Source of the DNA: Octopus vulgaris
Taxonomy: Eukaryota
Direction of reading: 5' to 3'
Length of the DNA: 64,000 nt
NCBI GenBank assembly: GCA_951406725.2
Contig: OX597815.1
Coordinates: forward strand, 159,898,001 to 159,962,000
Notes under the pieces: model-generated
Database searches by the model: none
Seen by the model: only the letters and a program-made list of their open reading frames with translations
What the model was told of the DNA's origin: nothing
Part shown: piece by piece, positions 1-12,402 of the stretch
Position numbering within the stretch: the first letter of the stretch is position 1
Layout of the letters: every line of letters begins with the position of its first letter
Position numbers and translations under genes: made by a program

Positions 1-90
1 TCTTGATTTACCCTTAGGTCTCCTGCTAGCTGGTTCAGCTTCAAGGACTCATCTTGCAATTTTTTCCCCTTGTTAATATGTTTATATGCA

Positions 91-319
91 TTAACCCTTT
101 AGCATTTAAACCGGCCATATCCGGCCAAAAATATTCTACCTGTTTTATGTTCAAACTGGCCAGATCTGGTCTCTCACACCAACCCTACAATATTGTTTAA
201 AAAATTAACAGCTACCTCATCAAAATCTCATAGCTACAAGATAATGCATGATTAGTTCAAAACAATGTGGATAAAAAAGCATTAATTTTGGCAGAATAAT
301 GCAAACACTAAAGGGTTAA
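91..319. mobile_element. piggyBac-type MITE, family 1 (complete)
   Basis: TTAA|CCCTTTAG...CTAAAGGG|TTAA termini (TTAA TSD, CCC-starting TIR); related copies at 6881, 7679/7845 and 40717. Confidence 0.8.
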
Positions 320-534
320 GGCAGCGAACTGGCACAATGATTAGCTCACTGAGCAAAATGCTCGACGATATTTCATCTGTCTTCATGTTCTGAGTTCAAA
401 TTCTGCTGAGGTCCACTTTGTCTTTCATCCTTTCAGGCTCTATAAAATAAATACTAGTTGAGTGTTGGGGGTGATGTAATTGACTTACCCCCTCACCTAC
501 AAATTGTTGGCTTTGTTCCAAACTTTGAAATCAA
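320..534 (+). mobile_element. tRNA-derived SINE, family C
   Basis: A-box-like CTGGCACAATGATT, B-box GAGTTCAAATTC, conserved CTTTCATCCTTTC...ATAAAATAAATACTAGT body shared with about 20 copies in the window. Confidence 0.75.
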
Positions 535-1844
535 TATGTATTATATAAATAAGACTAAAATGAAAATTGTTACTGAAGATAGTGTCCTACTTTCAAAAGC
601 ATTTTATCTATTCAGTGTTCTGACTTCACTAGTAACCTCTTGCTTTTCATTTAAATGGGGTGGATAAAATAAAGTGAAATCTATTTAACTAAAATACACG
701 TATTTCTCAACACAACTTGTTCCATATAATAGTCAAAAGAAATCAAAACCATTATCTCCATTTCTCAGGCTTTCACGTAGCACTGTATAGAAATATAGTT
801 AAAATCTTTTACTAGTAATTTCCAGTTCATTAAAAGTGTTCCGTTTTTATTTCATACAACAGAGAATATCATAAAACTGCTCTTAAGTAAACAAGTTTGT
901 TTAATGGTTCACTCTTTTGTTCAGGTTTTAGAAAAGTAAGTAAAATCCACAGTTTATTAAAACTTTTGCTATTAAATCTCATGATCTTTTTTTAAAGGGA
1001 GACATTTGGTTGTTGTCAAAAATTGCCTTTTGTCTGTAGTTTCATTAGATATCTAGTCTTTTTTTATTTCATTGTCTTGTAGCAGATTTTTATTTTCTTA
1101 TATCTCTTATTCAGTATCACTTAGTGAGATGCAGATTTTTACTTTAAAGTTCTTGTACAAATTTAAAGAATACTGCATTTGAAACCTAACAAATATTTTT
1201 ATACTCTTCAAAATCACCTTATTTTCCTATAATTTCAAAAGTTTCTGAAACAAAGAAAAACAAAAACAAAAAAAAAAACCCAACAAACTCACTTTTAATC
1301 TTATTTCAAGATTTTGCAAAATGGAAATCTCTGGTAGGAATAAATCTAATGAAATTAAGGTGATTTTAATCCTCAAATATTCTACCTTGACAAAACTTGC
1401 ACTAATGTTGCTGTTTAACTCTAGGTCATCTATCAAAAAGTCATATCATCAAAAGTATTCCAATCTCAGGCATAATTAATCATCCACTGTCTCTTTCCTT
1501 TTTCTAGATAGGCAAATCTGTGAATAGGCAAATCAGCTGCTGTCTCTAGCAAGCCTAACAGCCACATAGTGGCTCCTCAATTTGCTAACCCTAACCCTTT
1601 CAAAGTAGTGTGTCTACATGGCTGCAGTTCACTAACCAAAAACAAATAAACAACAAAAGATGACCTAAAATCTTTCCATACCTTTTGTCCTCTTTAATCA
1701 ACCTCACCAGAGGAATACACCCCACTCTCCAGCTATTCATATCACTTTTTGTCCTCTTTATAAATGCAAATGCCACTGCAGTTATCTTACCTAAATATTC
1801 AACCTGTACACTTCATACTCAACCACATTAATATTTGTATTTGA

Positions 1845-2040
1845 AGCAGCAAACTGACGGAATCATTGGATCACTGGGCATTTCATCTGTCTTCATGCTC
1901 TGAGTTTCACATTCAACTAAGGTTGACTTTGTCTTTGATCCTTTTGGGGATCAATAAAATAAGTACCAGCTGAATACAGGGGTTGATGTAATTGACTTAC
2001 CCCTGAAATTGTTGTCCTGGTGCCAAAATTTGAAATCAAT
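1845..2040 (+). mobile_element. SINE family C, diverged
   Basis: Colinear similarity to 320-534. Confidence 0.65.
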
Positions 2041-3114
2041 ATATGTATCCTCATCATTGTTTAACGTCCACTTTCCATGCTAGCATAGCAGTGTTTATAA
2101 AGTGTGTTGATTGATTGGTCTTTCAGTGATCAGAGGTAATTATGGAGCAGTTGTGTAGTTATTTGTATTGAACCATGTACTTAACTGGTTATTTAGTTTA
2201 TTGCTTTCAGAAGAGGAAAAAAAAAGCCAACTCCAGCGTGATTTGAGCTCAGAATGTAAAGGACCATAACTAATTTCCACAAAGCATTTTGCTTGATGCT
2301 CTAAGGATTCGACCATCTCACTACCATATCCATCCACACATAGACCATAAAATTCATAAAATAATATAAATGAATAAACCAGACATATAAAGTGTTCTAT
2401 TGTAAGTTTTTAGATGAGAACATTTCATAAAATAAACTGTAATCTGTGATTTCATATATTGGTCTCTACATTGAGACAACCCAATCAAGATAGTATGAGA
2501 GAAACCTGATCAACCAGTTCTTTTTTTGATGTTTGTGAATATCTAATGGCAGATGTTCCCCTGAAATGCAACTATCTTTCTCTCTCTCTCTTTCTCTCAC
2601 TCTTTTATTGATGCTCTTTTCGTGATAGTTTTTATGTAACCTTTCAAGAAATTTCTTTTTCCCCCTGTAATGGCTTCGCTTATTGATATGAAATTTTATA
2701 TTTGTCTAGCATTAAATCTCGTTTTCTCTTGATCTAAATCTTTAAAGCCTTTGCCATAGCTATAACAATTAGGAAAGTTGCATATGTTACATGTGATTAT
2801 GATTTTTCTGTTCTACTTTAGAAAAGATTGATCAGCTAAATTGAAGAATCAGAAAAGTCTTCTGATTTGACCATTATTTCTGTTGCAAAAATCGCCGAGT
2901 TAACGTTGTTTTATGTATTTATTAAGCTGAAGTTGAGGTGAGGGGGCATTCATGGCTTTGTTTAAGATCTCCTCGATCAAGATAATCAAGATAATGTTCT
3001 CTTCATGAGGCTGATGTTTAATGTTAACTTTAGGTTATCAAATGAAGTGCTGAAATTGCTTGAGAAAGTGTGTTTCTTTTGAAGATGCAATGCTTGCACT
3101 GATCTAGCTTGCAA

Positions 3115-3400
3115 AGCACATGGCCTCATATTTTGGATGCTGGGTTCACAACTGTAAGGTCAAGGACTCAGTGTTTGCGTCAGGTGACAAATTGTGTCAT
3201 TGGGCAAGGCACTTCATTTACTGCTACTCCAGTCCACTCAGCTGTAAACAAGCTCTAGCAACAGCTATAGAGTCTACCCTGTAAGGGACTAGTATCCTCT
3301 TCAGAAGGGAATCTTTTACTATCAGTTACATAATTGCCTCAGAAACTGGGATAAGCTCCTGCTTAATGAACTTGAAGTTTTGAAACAAACTGAAACTAGA
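3115..3400 (+). mobile_element. old tRNA/CORE-like SINE
   Basis: TGTGTCATTGGGCAAGGCACTTCATTT...CTCCAGTCCACTCAGCTGTAAA CORE-like block; tail GAAACTGGGATAAGCTCC. Confidence 0.5.
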
Positions 3401-3655
3401 AAATATGACACAATAAACATGACAAGTGTTTTATATGTATATTTGATACTCTGATGTTCAAAAGTTAAGGTGAAAGAGCATTCATGGCTTTGATTAGAAT
3501 TTCCTAATTTTTGCCATCAGAATATGTAGATGATTCTGTTCATGATGTTAATGTTTTAAGGTTAATTGTTAGGTTCGAAAATTGTTTGGGAAAGAGTACC
3601 CTTGGGAGATGCTATGTTTAGGCTGTGGTCTGGAAAGACTGACAAGGTGAATATA

Positions 3656-4061
3656 GGCATAGGAGTGGCTGTGTGGTAAGTAGCTTGCTTACCAACCACA
3701 TGGTTCTGGGTTCAGTCCCACTACGTGGCACTTTGGGCAAGTGTCTTCTACTATAGCCTCGGGTCGACCAAAGCCTTGTGAGTGGATTTGGCAGACAGAA
3801 ACTGAAAGAAGCCCATTGTATATATGTATGTATGTGTATATATATATATGTGTGTGTGTGTAGGTGTGTGTTTATATGTTTGTGTGTCCCTTGTTTGTCC
3901 CCCCAACATCACTTGACAACCGATGCTGGTGTATTTACGTCCCCCATAACTTAGCAGTTCAGCAAAAGGGACCGAGAGAATAAGTCCTGGGGTCGATTTG
4001 CCCGACTAAAAGTGGTGCTCCAGCATGGCCACAGTCAAAACGACTGAAACAAGTAAAAGAG
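3656..4061 (+). mobile_element. tRNA-derived SINE, family A (internal (TA)n(TG)n), full length
   Basis: GTGGCTGTGTGGTAAG A-box, GGGTTCAGTCCC B-box, CORE-like TTGGGCAAGTGTCTT, central microsatellite, tail GACTGAAACAAGTAAAAGAG; more than 10 copies in window. Confidence 0.85.
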
Positions 4062-4477
4062 TATAGCCTGATGTATTTATGTGGGTTAGCAAAATTAAGG
4101 TAGTAGAAGCTACTAAATTAACAATAAAAAAGACATACCAAGAAGACAAATTACCACAGAAATCACTGCGCGCTAGTGGAAGATTGCTTAGAGACTGTTA
4201 AATTTCAGTCACAGTAATGGAAAATGCAGTCGCATGTGTATGTATGCATGTGTAGATATGGTTTTATTTGTTTCTTAAGTATTGTTTAGCTTTGTGTCAG
4301 CCCTGAATGAACGGACCTATGGTGAAAGGTATTCCTACCATATCCATTTGCTTATCTCTCAGGGAAATGAGAACAAAACAAAATACAAAGTAAAACCAAG
4401 ACACTAAGCAGAAAAAGACATCTTTCTTGAAGAACAATATACATGTTCAACTAAATATATCAAAGAAAAAGGTAATT

Positions 4478-5060
4478 TAACAAAACCACCAACAGCCCTA
4501 TTGGTGGCTATGTTGTAACCACAGAAATGGCTGCATAGCAGGATCAGATGCCCCAACCCCATGCTCCTCAGCATGCTCTTGACAGCAGTTCCCAATGAGA
4601 CCCTGATACCATAGAGCTCCTTGTCAGTCACTCCACACCCAGTGGTGCCCAGATGCAGTATTCTTGAGGGTTGAAATCAGGTGAGCTATGATGCCACAGG
4701 TTGTTGTGGATCATACAAATCACACGGTTCTTCCGAGTCTTGCTGACTATAAACATGTAGGACTTGTTCTTGAATGCCTCATGCACCACACATTCAAATG
4801 TGAACTCAACCACTTTGAGCTGCTCAGCGATGGCCCTCCTTGTCTTGCTTGAGTTGTTGTTGATGCAGTCCCGGACCTGCTGAGCAAATTAGGCCAACTT
4901 GACAATATCTACCTACTTAGCCATAGGATCCCAAGTTTTTTTTTCCTCAAACTTGAACATGGTGTACCCAGCTTCCTTCAAGAAGCTGACAATCTCCACA
5001 TCTCTGTTGTTGACAGCTAGAGCTACAAACATGGTACATCTTTTCATTTCATGTGTGGAA
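4478..5060 (-). mobile_element. Tc1/mariner (maT/DD37D-like) transposase relic, internally deleted
   Basis: Minus-strand LWHHSSPDFNPQEYCIW resembles the WPPSSPDLNPLDY motif; HTH-like N-terminus (VALAVNNRDVEIVSFLK) similar to 25490-26130. Confidence 0.65.
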
Positions 5061-5561
5061 CTGGACTAGAATCTGCTATGTTGATGCTGTCAATATATGT
5101 GAAAGAGAAATGAGAAAATTGAAATTTAGCACCTTATGTTAGGCTGTCTTTCACTTATGGCCAACTTTAAGGTGGCAAGCTGGCAGAATCATTAGCACAT
5201 CAGAGAAAATATTTAATGGAATTTCTTTATGTTCCAAGTTCAAATCCTGTTGAGGTTAACTTTACCTTTTATCCTTTCAGGTAGCAATCAAGTTGAATTT
5301 TCATGGCATAATTAGAAGAGAATTTGGCTGATATTTCTGGCAAATCCAGTCACACTACTGGGGCTCTCTAACTGGCTCACGTTTGTGTGTGCGTGTGTAT
5401 GTGGATGCTTATGCATGTACAAATTTGCATCATTTATGGTAACATTGCAGGCAATCTAACAAATGCATTAATGGAGTAACTGACACTTCTTAATTGTTAA
5501 AGGATTAGCCATCAATCCATTGAACACAAATAGAGTTTAATTATTTGTTCTTCATTAGTTT

Positions 5562-5799
5562 AGCAGCCATCTTTCCATGCTCATATGGGTTGAATGGAGT
5601 TTGCTGAGGCACGTTTTTCTACAGCTGGAAACCCTGCTTGTTGCTGACCCTCACCTGTTTGTAAGTAAAGTAATATTTCTCCAGGACCAGACATGTTTTC
5701 AAGGAAGATTGGAAATGAACAACGCTGCTTGCATGTTGGTGACACTCATTTACAACTTTTACATGAAATCAAGGCAAGGAGACAGTAACACTCACACAT

Positions 5800-5837
<38 letters not shown>

Positions 5838-6007
5838 ATGTATATGACAGGTTTCTTTCAGTTTCTATCTACCAAATCCACTCACAAGGTTGTGGCTGGC
5901 CTGAGGCTATAGCAGAAGATATTTGCCCAAAGTGAAATACCATGGGACTGAACCCAGAACCATGTTGTTGGGAAGCAAACTACTTACCTCACAGCTATGC
6001 CTGTGCT
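5562..6007 (-). mobile_element. composite SINE: family A head + (TG)n + RTE-like tail
   Basis: 5840-6007 is the family A head in reverse; 5562-5795 is a different tail ending like the RTE 3' end (CATGGAAAG). Confidence 0.65.
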
Positions 6008-6363
6008 TCACTGCCAACTTCAAGTATTTACATGGAAAGATTACGTATTTTACAGTTAGGATCTCTTTTACTAATTCTAAATATTCAGCCAAAAAATAGT
6101 TGCAGCAAGCAGACCTATGATCCAAGCCATTCTCACCATGACCATCCTGTCTTTCTAAACAGTGTTTATCTCAGGCTACAATATCCAATTTATCCTTCCA
6201 TTTAGTCTTGCTTTGGATGTTTTTTTTCCTTTTGAAAATATGATAAAGCGTGATTTGAGGATTTGTCTGCTATTTCTAACAGGTCAAACAAGCTTGTAGA
6301 ATCTTGGCTCATTGATGTCATCATCATCGTTTATATTGGTAAAGAGAGCATGTGTATGCATGT

Positions 6364-6364
<1 letters not shown>

Positions 6365-6398
<34 letters not shown>
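6365..6398. repeat. (GA)n microsatellite
   Basis: Direct reading. Confidence 0.95.
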
Positions 6399-6400
<2 letters not shown>

Positions 6401-6880
6401 CAGGTTTGAATTGATGTCTTTGAAGTAAATAGTTGTAGCATAGTAGCTTAACTAATATAGTTCTCGTGAGGAATTTATTTTTTATGATGATAATTTAGAT
6501 AATAATATGCAAAATTCAATTTTATTCTTGGTTTCATTTTTCTCTGTTTTCATTTGCATGTGTATGATTTTTTACACAGTATTACATTCTATCTTTTTGC
6601 TATTCATGCATGGGCAGAACCATTCTTATTTAGACTTAGCCCTCCCTCTTTCCACGTAATTGAGCTGATTTATAGAAAGTGGGGTCTCAGTCAAATGATT
6701 AGAAAGTGATTCATTCACCTGGAATTCCATTTGTAACTATATCATCTTTTTGGCAAGAAGAATGTATCCATCAAATTCCATATCTGACATGAATTTTACT
6801 CTGTTAAGCTTAGTGTTAGGATTATTAAGGTATGATCAGAGGCTCAGTAAAAATTCCATGTCCTACATGCATTTGCTTTA

Positions 6881-7364
6881 TTAACCCTTTAGCATTTAAA
6901 CTAACCCAAATATTCTACTTGTTTTATGTTCAAACTAGTCAGATCCAGCCTCTCGCACCTTCCTGACAATGTTATTCTTAAAGTAAACAACCACATCATC
7001 AAAATTCCAAAGCTACAAGATAATGTATCATCATCATCATTTAGCATCCGCTTTCCATGCTAGCATGGGTTGGACGGTTTAACTGGGGTCTGTGAAGCCG
7101 GAAGGCTTCATCAGGCCCAGTCAGATTTGGCAGTGTTTCTACGGCTGGATGCCCTTCCTAACGCCAACCACTCCACGAGTGTAGTGGGTGTTTTTTACGT
7201 GCCACCTGCACAAGTGCCAGACAGAGCTGGCGAACAGCCACGAACGGATGGTGTTTTTACGTGTCACCGGCACGGGGCCAGGCAATGCTGGCATAATTAA
7301 TTCAAAACGATGTGAATAAATAAGTATTTCCTTGGACAGATTAATTTGAATGCCAAAGGGTTAA
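6881..7364. mobile_element. piggyBac-type MITE family 1, interrupted by an RTE 3' end
   Basis: TTAACCCTTTAG...CAAAGGGTTAA; colinear with 91-319 except for the insert at about 7027-7290. Confidence 0.8.
7027..7290 (-). mobile_element. 5'-truncated RTE LINE 3' UTR
   Basis: Reverse complement of the 3' UTR at 58140-58428, including the (CAT)n tail. Confidence 0.8.
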
Positions 7365-7955
7365 GGTTAGCATTAGTATTGGTGAGGTATGATTTGAGGT
7401 TCAGTAAGGTACAATTTGAGCAAAGTCAGTAAGGTTCAATTTGAGGGAGATTTGGTTCATTGGTGACAAGATATATTTGTTAGAAGTGAGGTCAGGAGCT
7501 TTTTACACACAGGTTCACTTCCTACCATGCAACCATTTTCATTTATTTATTTCATTAAAAAATTCATTTTTTTCTGTTCATTCCAGAAAATTAGAGCAAG
7601 CACAGTCAAGGTTATGGTGTCATTAATTCATCACTTTAACCTCATATTCATTATGTGTGGTGGCATATATTGAACATTTTAACCCTTTAGCAATTGAATT
7701 GCTTTGTCAAATGTGATGTTTATTTATGTACATTGTTTTGAATTTTAATCATATATTATCTCATAGCTTTGAGATTTAGATCATGTCATTGTTTACTTTC
7801 AAAATGACATTGTAGGATAAGTGTGAGAGGCTGGATTTGGCTGGTTAAATCCTTTAGCAATCAGATTACTCTGTCAAATGTAATGCTTATCAATTAACAT
7901 GGTTTTGAATTATGCATTATCTCAAAGCTTTGAGATTTTGATGATGTAATTGTTT

Positions 7956-8771
7956 CTTTTACCTTTTACTTGTTTCAGTCATTTGACTGTGGCCATGCTG
8001 GGGCAAGGGTTTTAGTTGAACAAATCAACCACGGGACTTATTTTTTTAAAGCCTAGTACTTATTCTATTGGTCTCTTTTGCCGAACCACTACAAGGATGT
8101 AAATACATCAACACTGGTTGTCAAGTGGTGGTGAGGATAAATGCAGACACAAAGACACACATCATCATCATATATATATATATATATATATATTATAATT
8201 TAGGGTACGCCATGCTGGAAATAGCAGCCAAAACCTGACTCTAAAACCACATTAAATGTTCATATAGCACTAGGAGAGAAGACAAAAAGACAAAATAAAC
8301 TAGCAAAAAATTACTGGATAATTCCAGATCCTGGATTTCTGGCCCTGCATAAGAAATGCTTTGCCTCATCAATTTTTTGCTAGTTTATTTTGTCTTTCTG
8401 TCCTCTCCTGATGCTGTATGAACATTTAATGTGGTTTTAGAGTCACGTTTTGGCTGCTATTTCCAGCATGGCAGTATATCTTAGATACCCTAAATTATAA
8501 TTTTAATAATAATTATTACCTTTGAAGGCTTTTATTCCCATGCTGGCCACTCGATAAGATCAATGGTTAAATTAACGATCTTATCCTTATATATATGTGT
8601 GTGTGCATGTGTGTGATGGGCATTTTCAATTTCCCACTACCAAATCCATCTGCAAGGCTTTGGTCAGCTCAAGCTGTAGAAGAAGACATTTACCCAAGGT
8701 GCCACAGAGTGGGAGTCAACCTGGAACCATGTGGCTGGGAAAGCAAGCTTCTTACCACACAGGCACACCTG
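7956..8771 (-). mobile_element. SINE family A with a fold-back element in its central microsatellite
   Basis: Tail 7956-8160 and head 8600-8771 are reverse complements of 3656-4061. Confidence 0.75.
8192..8588. repeat. fold-back island in (TA)n (arms 8192-8312 and 8371-8501, plus unique tail)
   Basis: ATTATAATTTAGGGTA...CTAGCAAAAAATT mirrored by AATTTTTTGCTAG...TACCCTAAATTATAAT. Confidence 0.85.
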
Positions 8772-9354
8772 CGCAGAGTAGTTGTGAGAGGCCAGTCTGC
8801 AAATAAAGATGGTAGAATATTTTCACCAGATTTGGTCAGTTTAACCATTAAAGGGTTAAAATATGTGCATAAGAGAGCTTAAGAATGAAAATATGTTCAT
8901 TTTCTATTGCTTCAGCTATGCCTCCCTGACCTTCTCTCCAACACAGATATGTCTTCACAATTTGTTACTACTTCTATCAGACACACCTGGAGTATCTCCT
9001 AATTGAACAATACTTTATTTATTTTCCACATCTCCTTCAATAGAACATCTAATGAAGCTACAGTTACTCATTACATTTATACAATGTAAAATATACTGTT
9101 CCAGATGTAAGATGGTTATCATGTTTCATTGTTATTGTCTTGTTTGGATAAACAGTTGAACTGATGGCTTTATTTATAGATGTGTATTTCTTAGCGTGTA
9201 TCACTGATATCTTTGTGATAAACACTGAAATAATGGGAGTTATAATTATTCTCTAATCAGAATCATTATTATATTCTATTCAACGAGGGTAGTTGTAAAT
9301 GATGGTTGCTGTTATACAGTACCATTCATTTCAAATATTCTGCAAGAACATACA

Positions 9355-9635
9355 TCACTATGCATGTAAAAAGCACCCTTTGAATGTTGGACTATATTCA
9401 GTGCTTGAGAAGACCTGTCAAGCCAAGTGAAATTGTAGTCATGGCTGATGCCAATGTCACATAACTGGCACTCATGCCAGTGGCACATAAAAAAACACCC
9501 ATTACACTCTTGGAGTGGTTGGCATTAGGAAGGGCATCCAGCCATAGAAACCATGCCAAATCAGAACCTGGAATCTAGTGCAGATCCCCAGCTCTGTCAA
9601 ACCATCCAGCCTATGCCAGCATAAAAAAATAGATC

Positions 9636-9687
<52 letters not shown>

Positions 9688-9733
9688 TATTATGATGATG
9701 ATAATGATGATGATGATGAGGAGGAGGAGGAGG
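9355..9733 (+). mobile_element. RTE-related 3' UTR fragment followed by compound (ATT)n(GAT)n(GAG)n
   Basis: GGAGTGGTTGGCATTAGGAAGGGCATCCAGC block shared with 58280-58320. Confidence 0.7.
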
Positions 9734-9886
9734 AAATATTGTTTGGGTACAGGCAAACAGGCAAAGATTGCCAACAGGAAGGACATCTGACTGTAGATGA
9801 GATGCCCCATATAAAATTCTGTCCAACCCACATTTCTAAACATACACACGCAGGTATATTATATATATATATTTTGTGTGTGTGTA

Positions 9887-9923
<37 letters not shown>

Positions 9924-9932
9924 GTATGTATA

Positions 9933-10110
9933 TATCATTGCTATTATGTTAAATAAACTGTTGTATGTCCAAATTTGGCTAAATGCGTTCTCTCCAGCTG
10001 CTTCAGATGCCAAGATATCAAAAATTGTCAAAGTGTAGTACAATTTTTGCTATGGAATGGTGAAAAAGCAATATTTTGGACTTAGGACACTTTTGCATAA
10101 TAGCAACGAT
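9933..10110. mobile_element. TA-flanked MITE (short deletion derivative)
   Basis: TIR ATCATTGCTATTATG / CATAATAGCAACGAT; longer relative at 53188-53592. Confidence 0.7.
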
Positions 10111-10145
10111 ATATGTGTGTGTGTGTGTGTGTATTTGTACATATG

Positions 10146-10184
<39 letters not shown>

Positions 10185-10469
10185 TGTATTTATGTGTGCA
10201 TGTGTGTGTATATGTGAATATGTATAAATGTGTGTATGTTTGTGTGTATACACACACACACACACACATAAGTACATATGTACACACATACACAACAGGC
10301 ACTGGTGTGTTTATGTCCCCATGACATGGCAGTTCAGCAAATGAGTCTGATTAAATAAGTAAGAGATTTTAAAAAATGAGTCTTGGGATCAATTCATTTG
10401 ACCAAAATTTATTAAAGTGATACCTCGGCATGGTGTCACACACACGCACACACACACACACACACATAT

Positions 10470-10520
<51 letters not shown>

Positions 10521-10692
10521 CACACGTATGCATTTATAGATACCATGCATATATATACAACTATGATATATATGCTTATATATATGTATGTATATGTACA
10601 CTCACCCACACACTCACATGTATATATATATATATACTTGTATGTATACACATAATATACATGTATATATACCTATATATTCACATATATAA
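10111..10692. repeat. (TA)/(TG)/(CA) microsatellite complex with a SINE family A tail (10295-10437)
   Basis: Direct reading; source of the many YI/CV/TH pseudo-ORFs. Confidence 0.85.
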
Positions 10693-11082
10693 GTATTTCT
10701 AATTATACATGTAGTGGGACGGAACCTGAAACCTTCTTGTTTAGACATCAGCTTTTTAACCACACAAGCATGTGTGTGCTTATAGAATATAATTATTTTC
10801 TCAACCCACTTCTCTGTCCTACCTAGTAATATTAATTAATCAGCAACAAATAGCAAAAAATAGATGCATCCATCATGTTGGAAGCAAGATGCTTCAAGGC
10901 AACTGATAAATAAGTTGAGCCACCTATTTGCATCTAATGTTTCCAATAAGCAGATCTCAAGGTAGTCAACATATTGTATGACAGAAGTGTGATATCTGCA
11001 CTTTTGTCGGATATGTACATTGCATAGAGGTGAATTAGCAGCCTATGATTTGTTCATTGCAATGTAACAAAATACCATAGTA

Positions 11083-11570
11083 TCATTCATCATCATCATC
11101 ATCATCATCTACATTTAATGTCCATTTTCCAGTTGGATTGGATGGTTTGACTGAAAACTGGTTAGCTGGGGAGCTGCATCAGGTTTCCACCTAATTTGGC
11201 AAGGTTTTTATGGCTGGATGCCCATCCTAACACCAACCGCTCCAAGAATGTAATGAGTGCTTTTTATGTGCCACTGGCATGGGTGCCAATTATGCACCAC
11301 CAGCATCAGCCATGGCTACAATCTCACTTGGCTTGACAGGTCTTCTCCAGCATGGTATATTGCTAAAGGTCTCAATCACTTGTCACTCCCTCCATGAGAT
11401 CCAATGTTTGAACGCTGCTTTTTATGTGCCACCAGTACAGGTGCCAGTTTCATGACACTGGCATCAGCTACGACTATGATTTCACTTAGATCGACAGGTC
11501 TTCTTAAGCATAGCATATCGCCCAGTATTCGAAGGTGCTTTTTATGTACTAGTTATATGACACTGACATT
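11083..11570 (-). mobile_element. RTE-related 3' UTR fragment with internal tandem units
   Basis: (CAT)n tail, GGCTGGATGCCC block, repeated TGCTTTTTATGTGCCAC units; similar to 50818-51200. Confidence 0.7.
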
Positions 11571-11697
11571 GTATGAAATATCTAAGAAAAATCTACCACT
11601 AACACAAGGTGAATATTTCTTTTAAGTTAGTGAGAAAGGCTATACTGTGTGTGTGTGGATAGACCAGGGAATACACTGAAATATGTTAGTGGAATTA

Positions 11698-12002
11698 TCG
11701 GAGGCACAATGGCCCAGTGGTTAGGGCAGCGGACTTGTGGCCGGAGGATTGCGGTTTCGATTCCCAGACCGGGTGTTGTGTGTGTTTATTGAGCAAAAAC
11801 ACCTAAAAGCTCCACGAGGCTGCGGCAGGGGGTGGTGACAACCCCTATTGTACTCTTTTGCCACAACTTTCTCTCACTCTTTTTTCCTGTTTCTTGAGTA
11901 ATGCTGGCGTCCTGTCCAGCTGGGGGGAACACATATGCCACAGAAACCAGGAAACCAGGCCCATGAGCCTGGCTAGGCTTGAAAAGGACAACGTTTATCG
12001 TT
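11698..12002 (+). mobile_element. tRNA-derived SINE (family E) with 16-bp TSD
   Basis: TGGCCCAGTGGTTA A-box, GGTTTCGATTCC B-box; TATGTTAGTGGAATTA duplicated at 11682-11697 and 12003-12018. Confidence 0.85.
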
Positions 12003-12039
12003 TATGTTAGTGGAATTACTTTTAGTAGATGGTGACTCT

Positions 12040-12275
12040 ACTAAGGCGGTGAGCTGCCAGAAACATTAGGACGCTGGGCGAAATGCTTAGTAGTATTTTG
12101 CCTGCCGTTACTTTCTGAGTTCAAATTCCGCCAAGATCGACTTTGCCTTTCATCTTTTTGAGGTTGATAAAGTAAGTACCAGTTATACACTGGGGTCGTT
12201 GTAATCGACTTAATCCCTTTGTCTGTCCTTGTTTGTCCCCTCTATATTTAGCCCCTTGTGAGCAATAAAGAAATA
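12040..12275 (+). mobile_element. SINE family C, tail variant 2, with 13-bp TSD
   Basis: AGATGGTGACTCT at 12027-12039 and 12276-12288; tail CCCCTTGTGAGCAATAAAGAAAT. Confidence 0.85.
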
Positions 12276-12402
12276 AGATGGTGACTCTTATTTGTGTTGA
12301 TGAAAAACTGGTTAACTATTGAAATATACAACTTTTGTTGCAATTAATTATAAAAATAATTAAGCATTTCATAAACTAACTGCCGCTGTTAATTTCATGT
12401 TT

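Larger units (their letters stand above)
7679..8859. mobile_element. two piggyBac-type MITE family 1 copies (opposite orientation to 91-319), split by a SINE
   Basis: TTAACCCTTTAG at 7679, second start at 7845, far end TAAAGGGTTAA at 8859. Confidence 0.65.

Noticed and set aside
863-7609. Two 24-nt microexon candidates (863-886 EYHKTALK; 7586-7609 KLEQAQSR)
   Set aside because: Weak donors (GTAAAC, GTTATG); frequency compatible with chance
9502-10702. Long overlapping ORFs with poly-I, poly-H, poly-N and YI/CV/TH runs
   Set aside because: Translations of stop-free microsatellites; the same artefact recurs throughout the window
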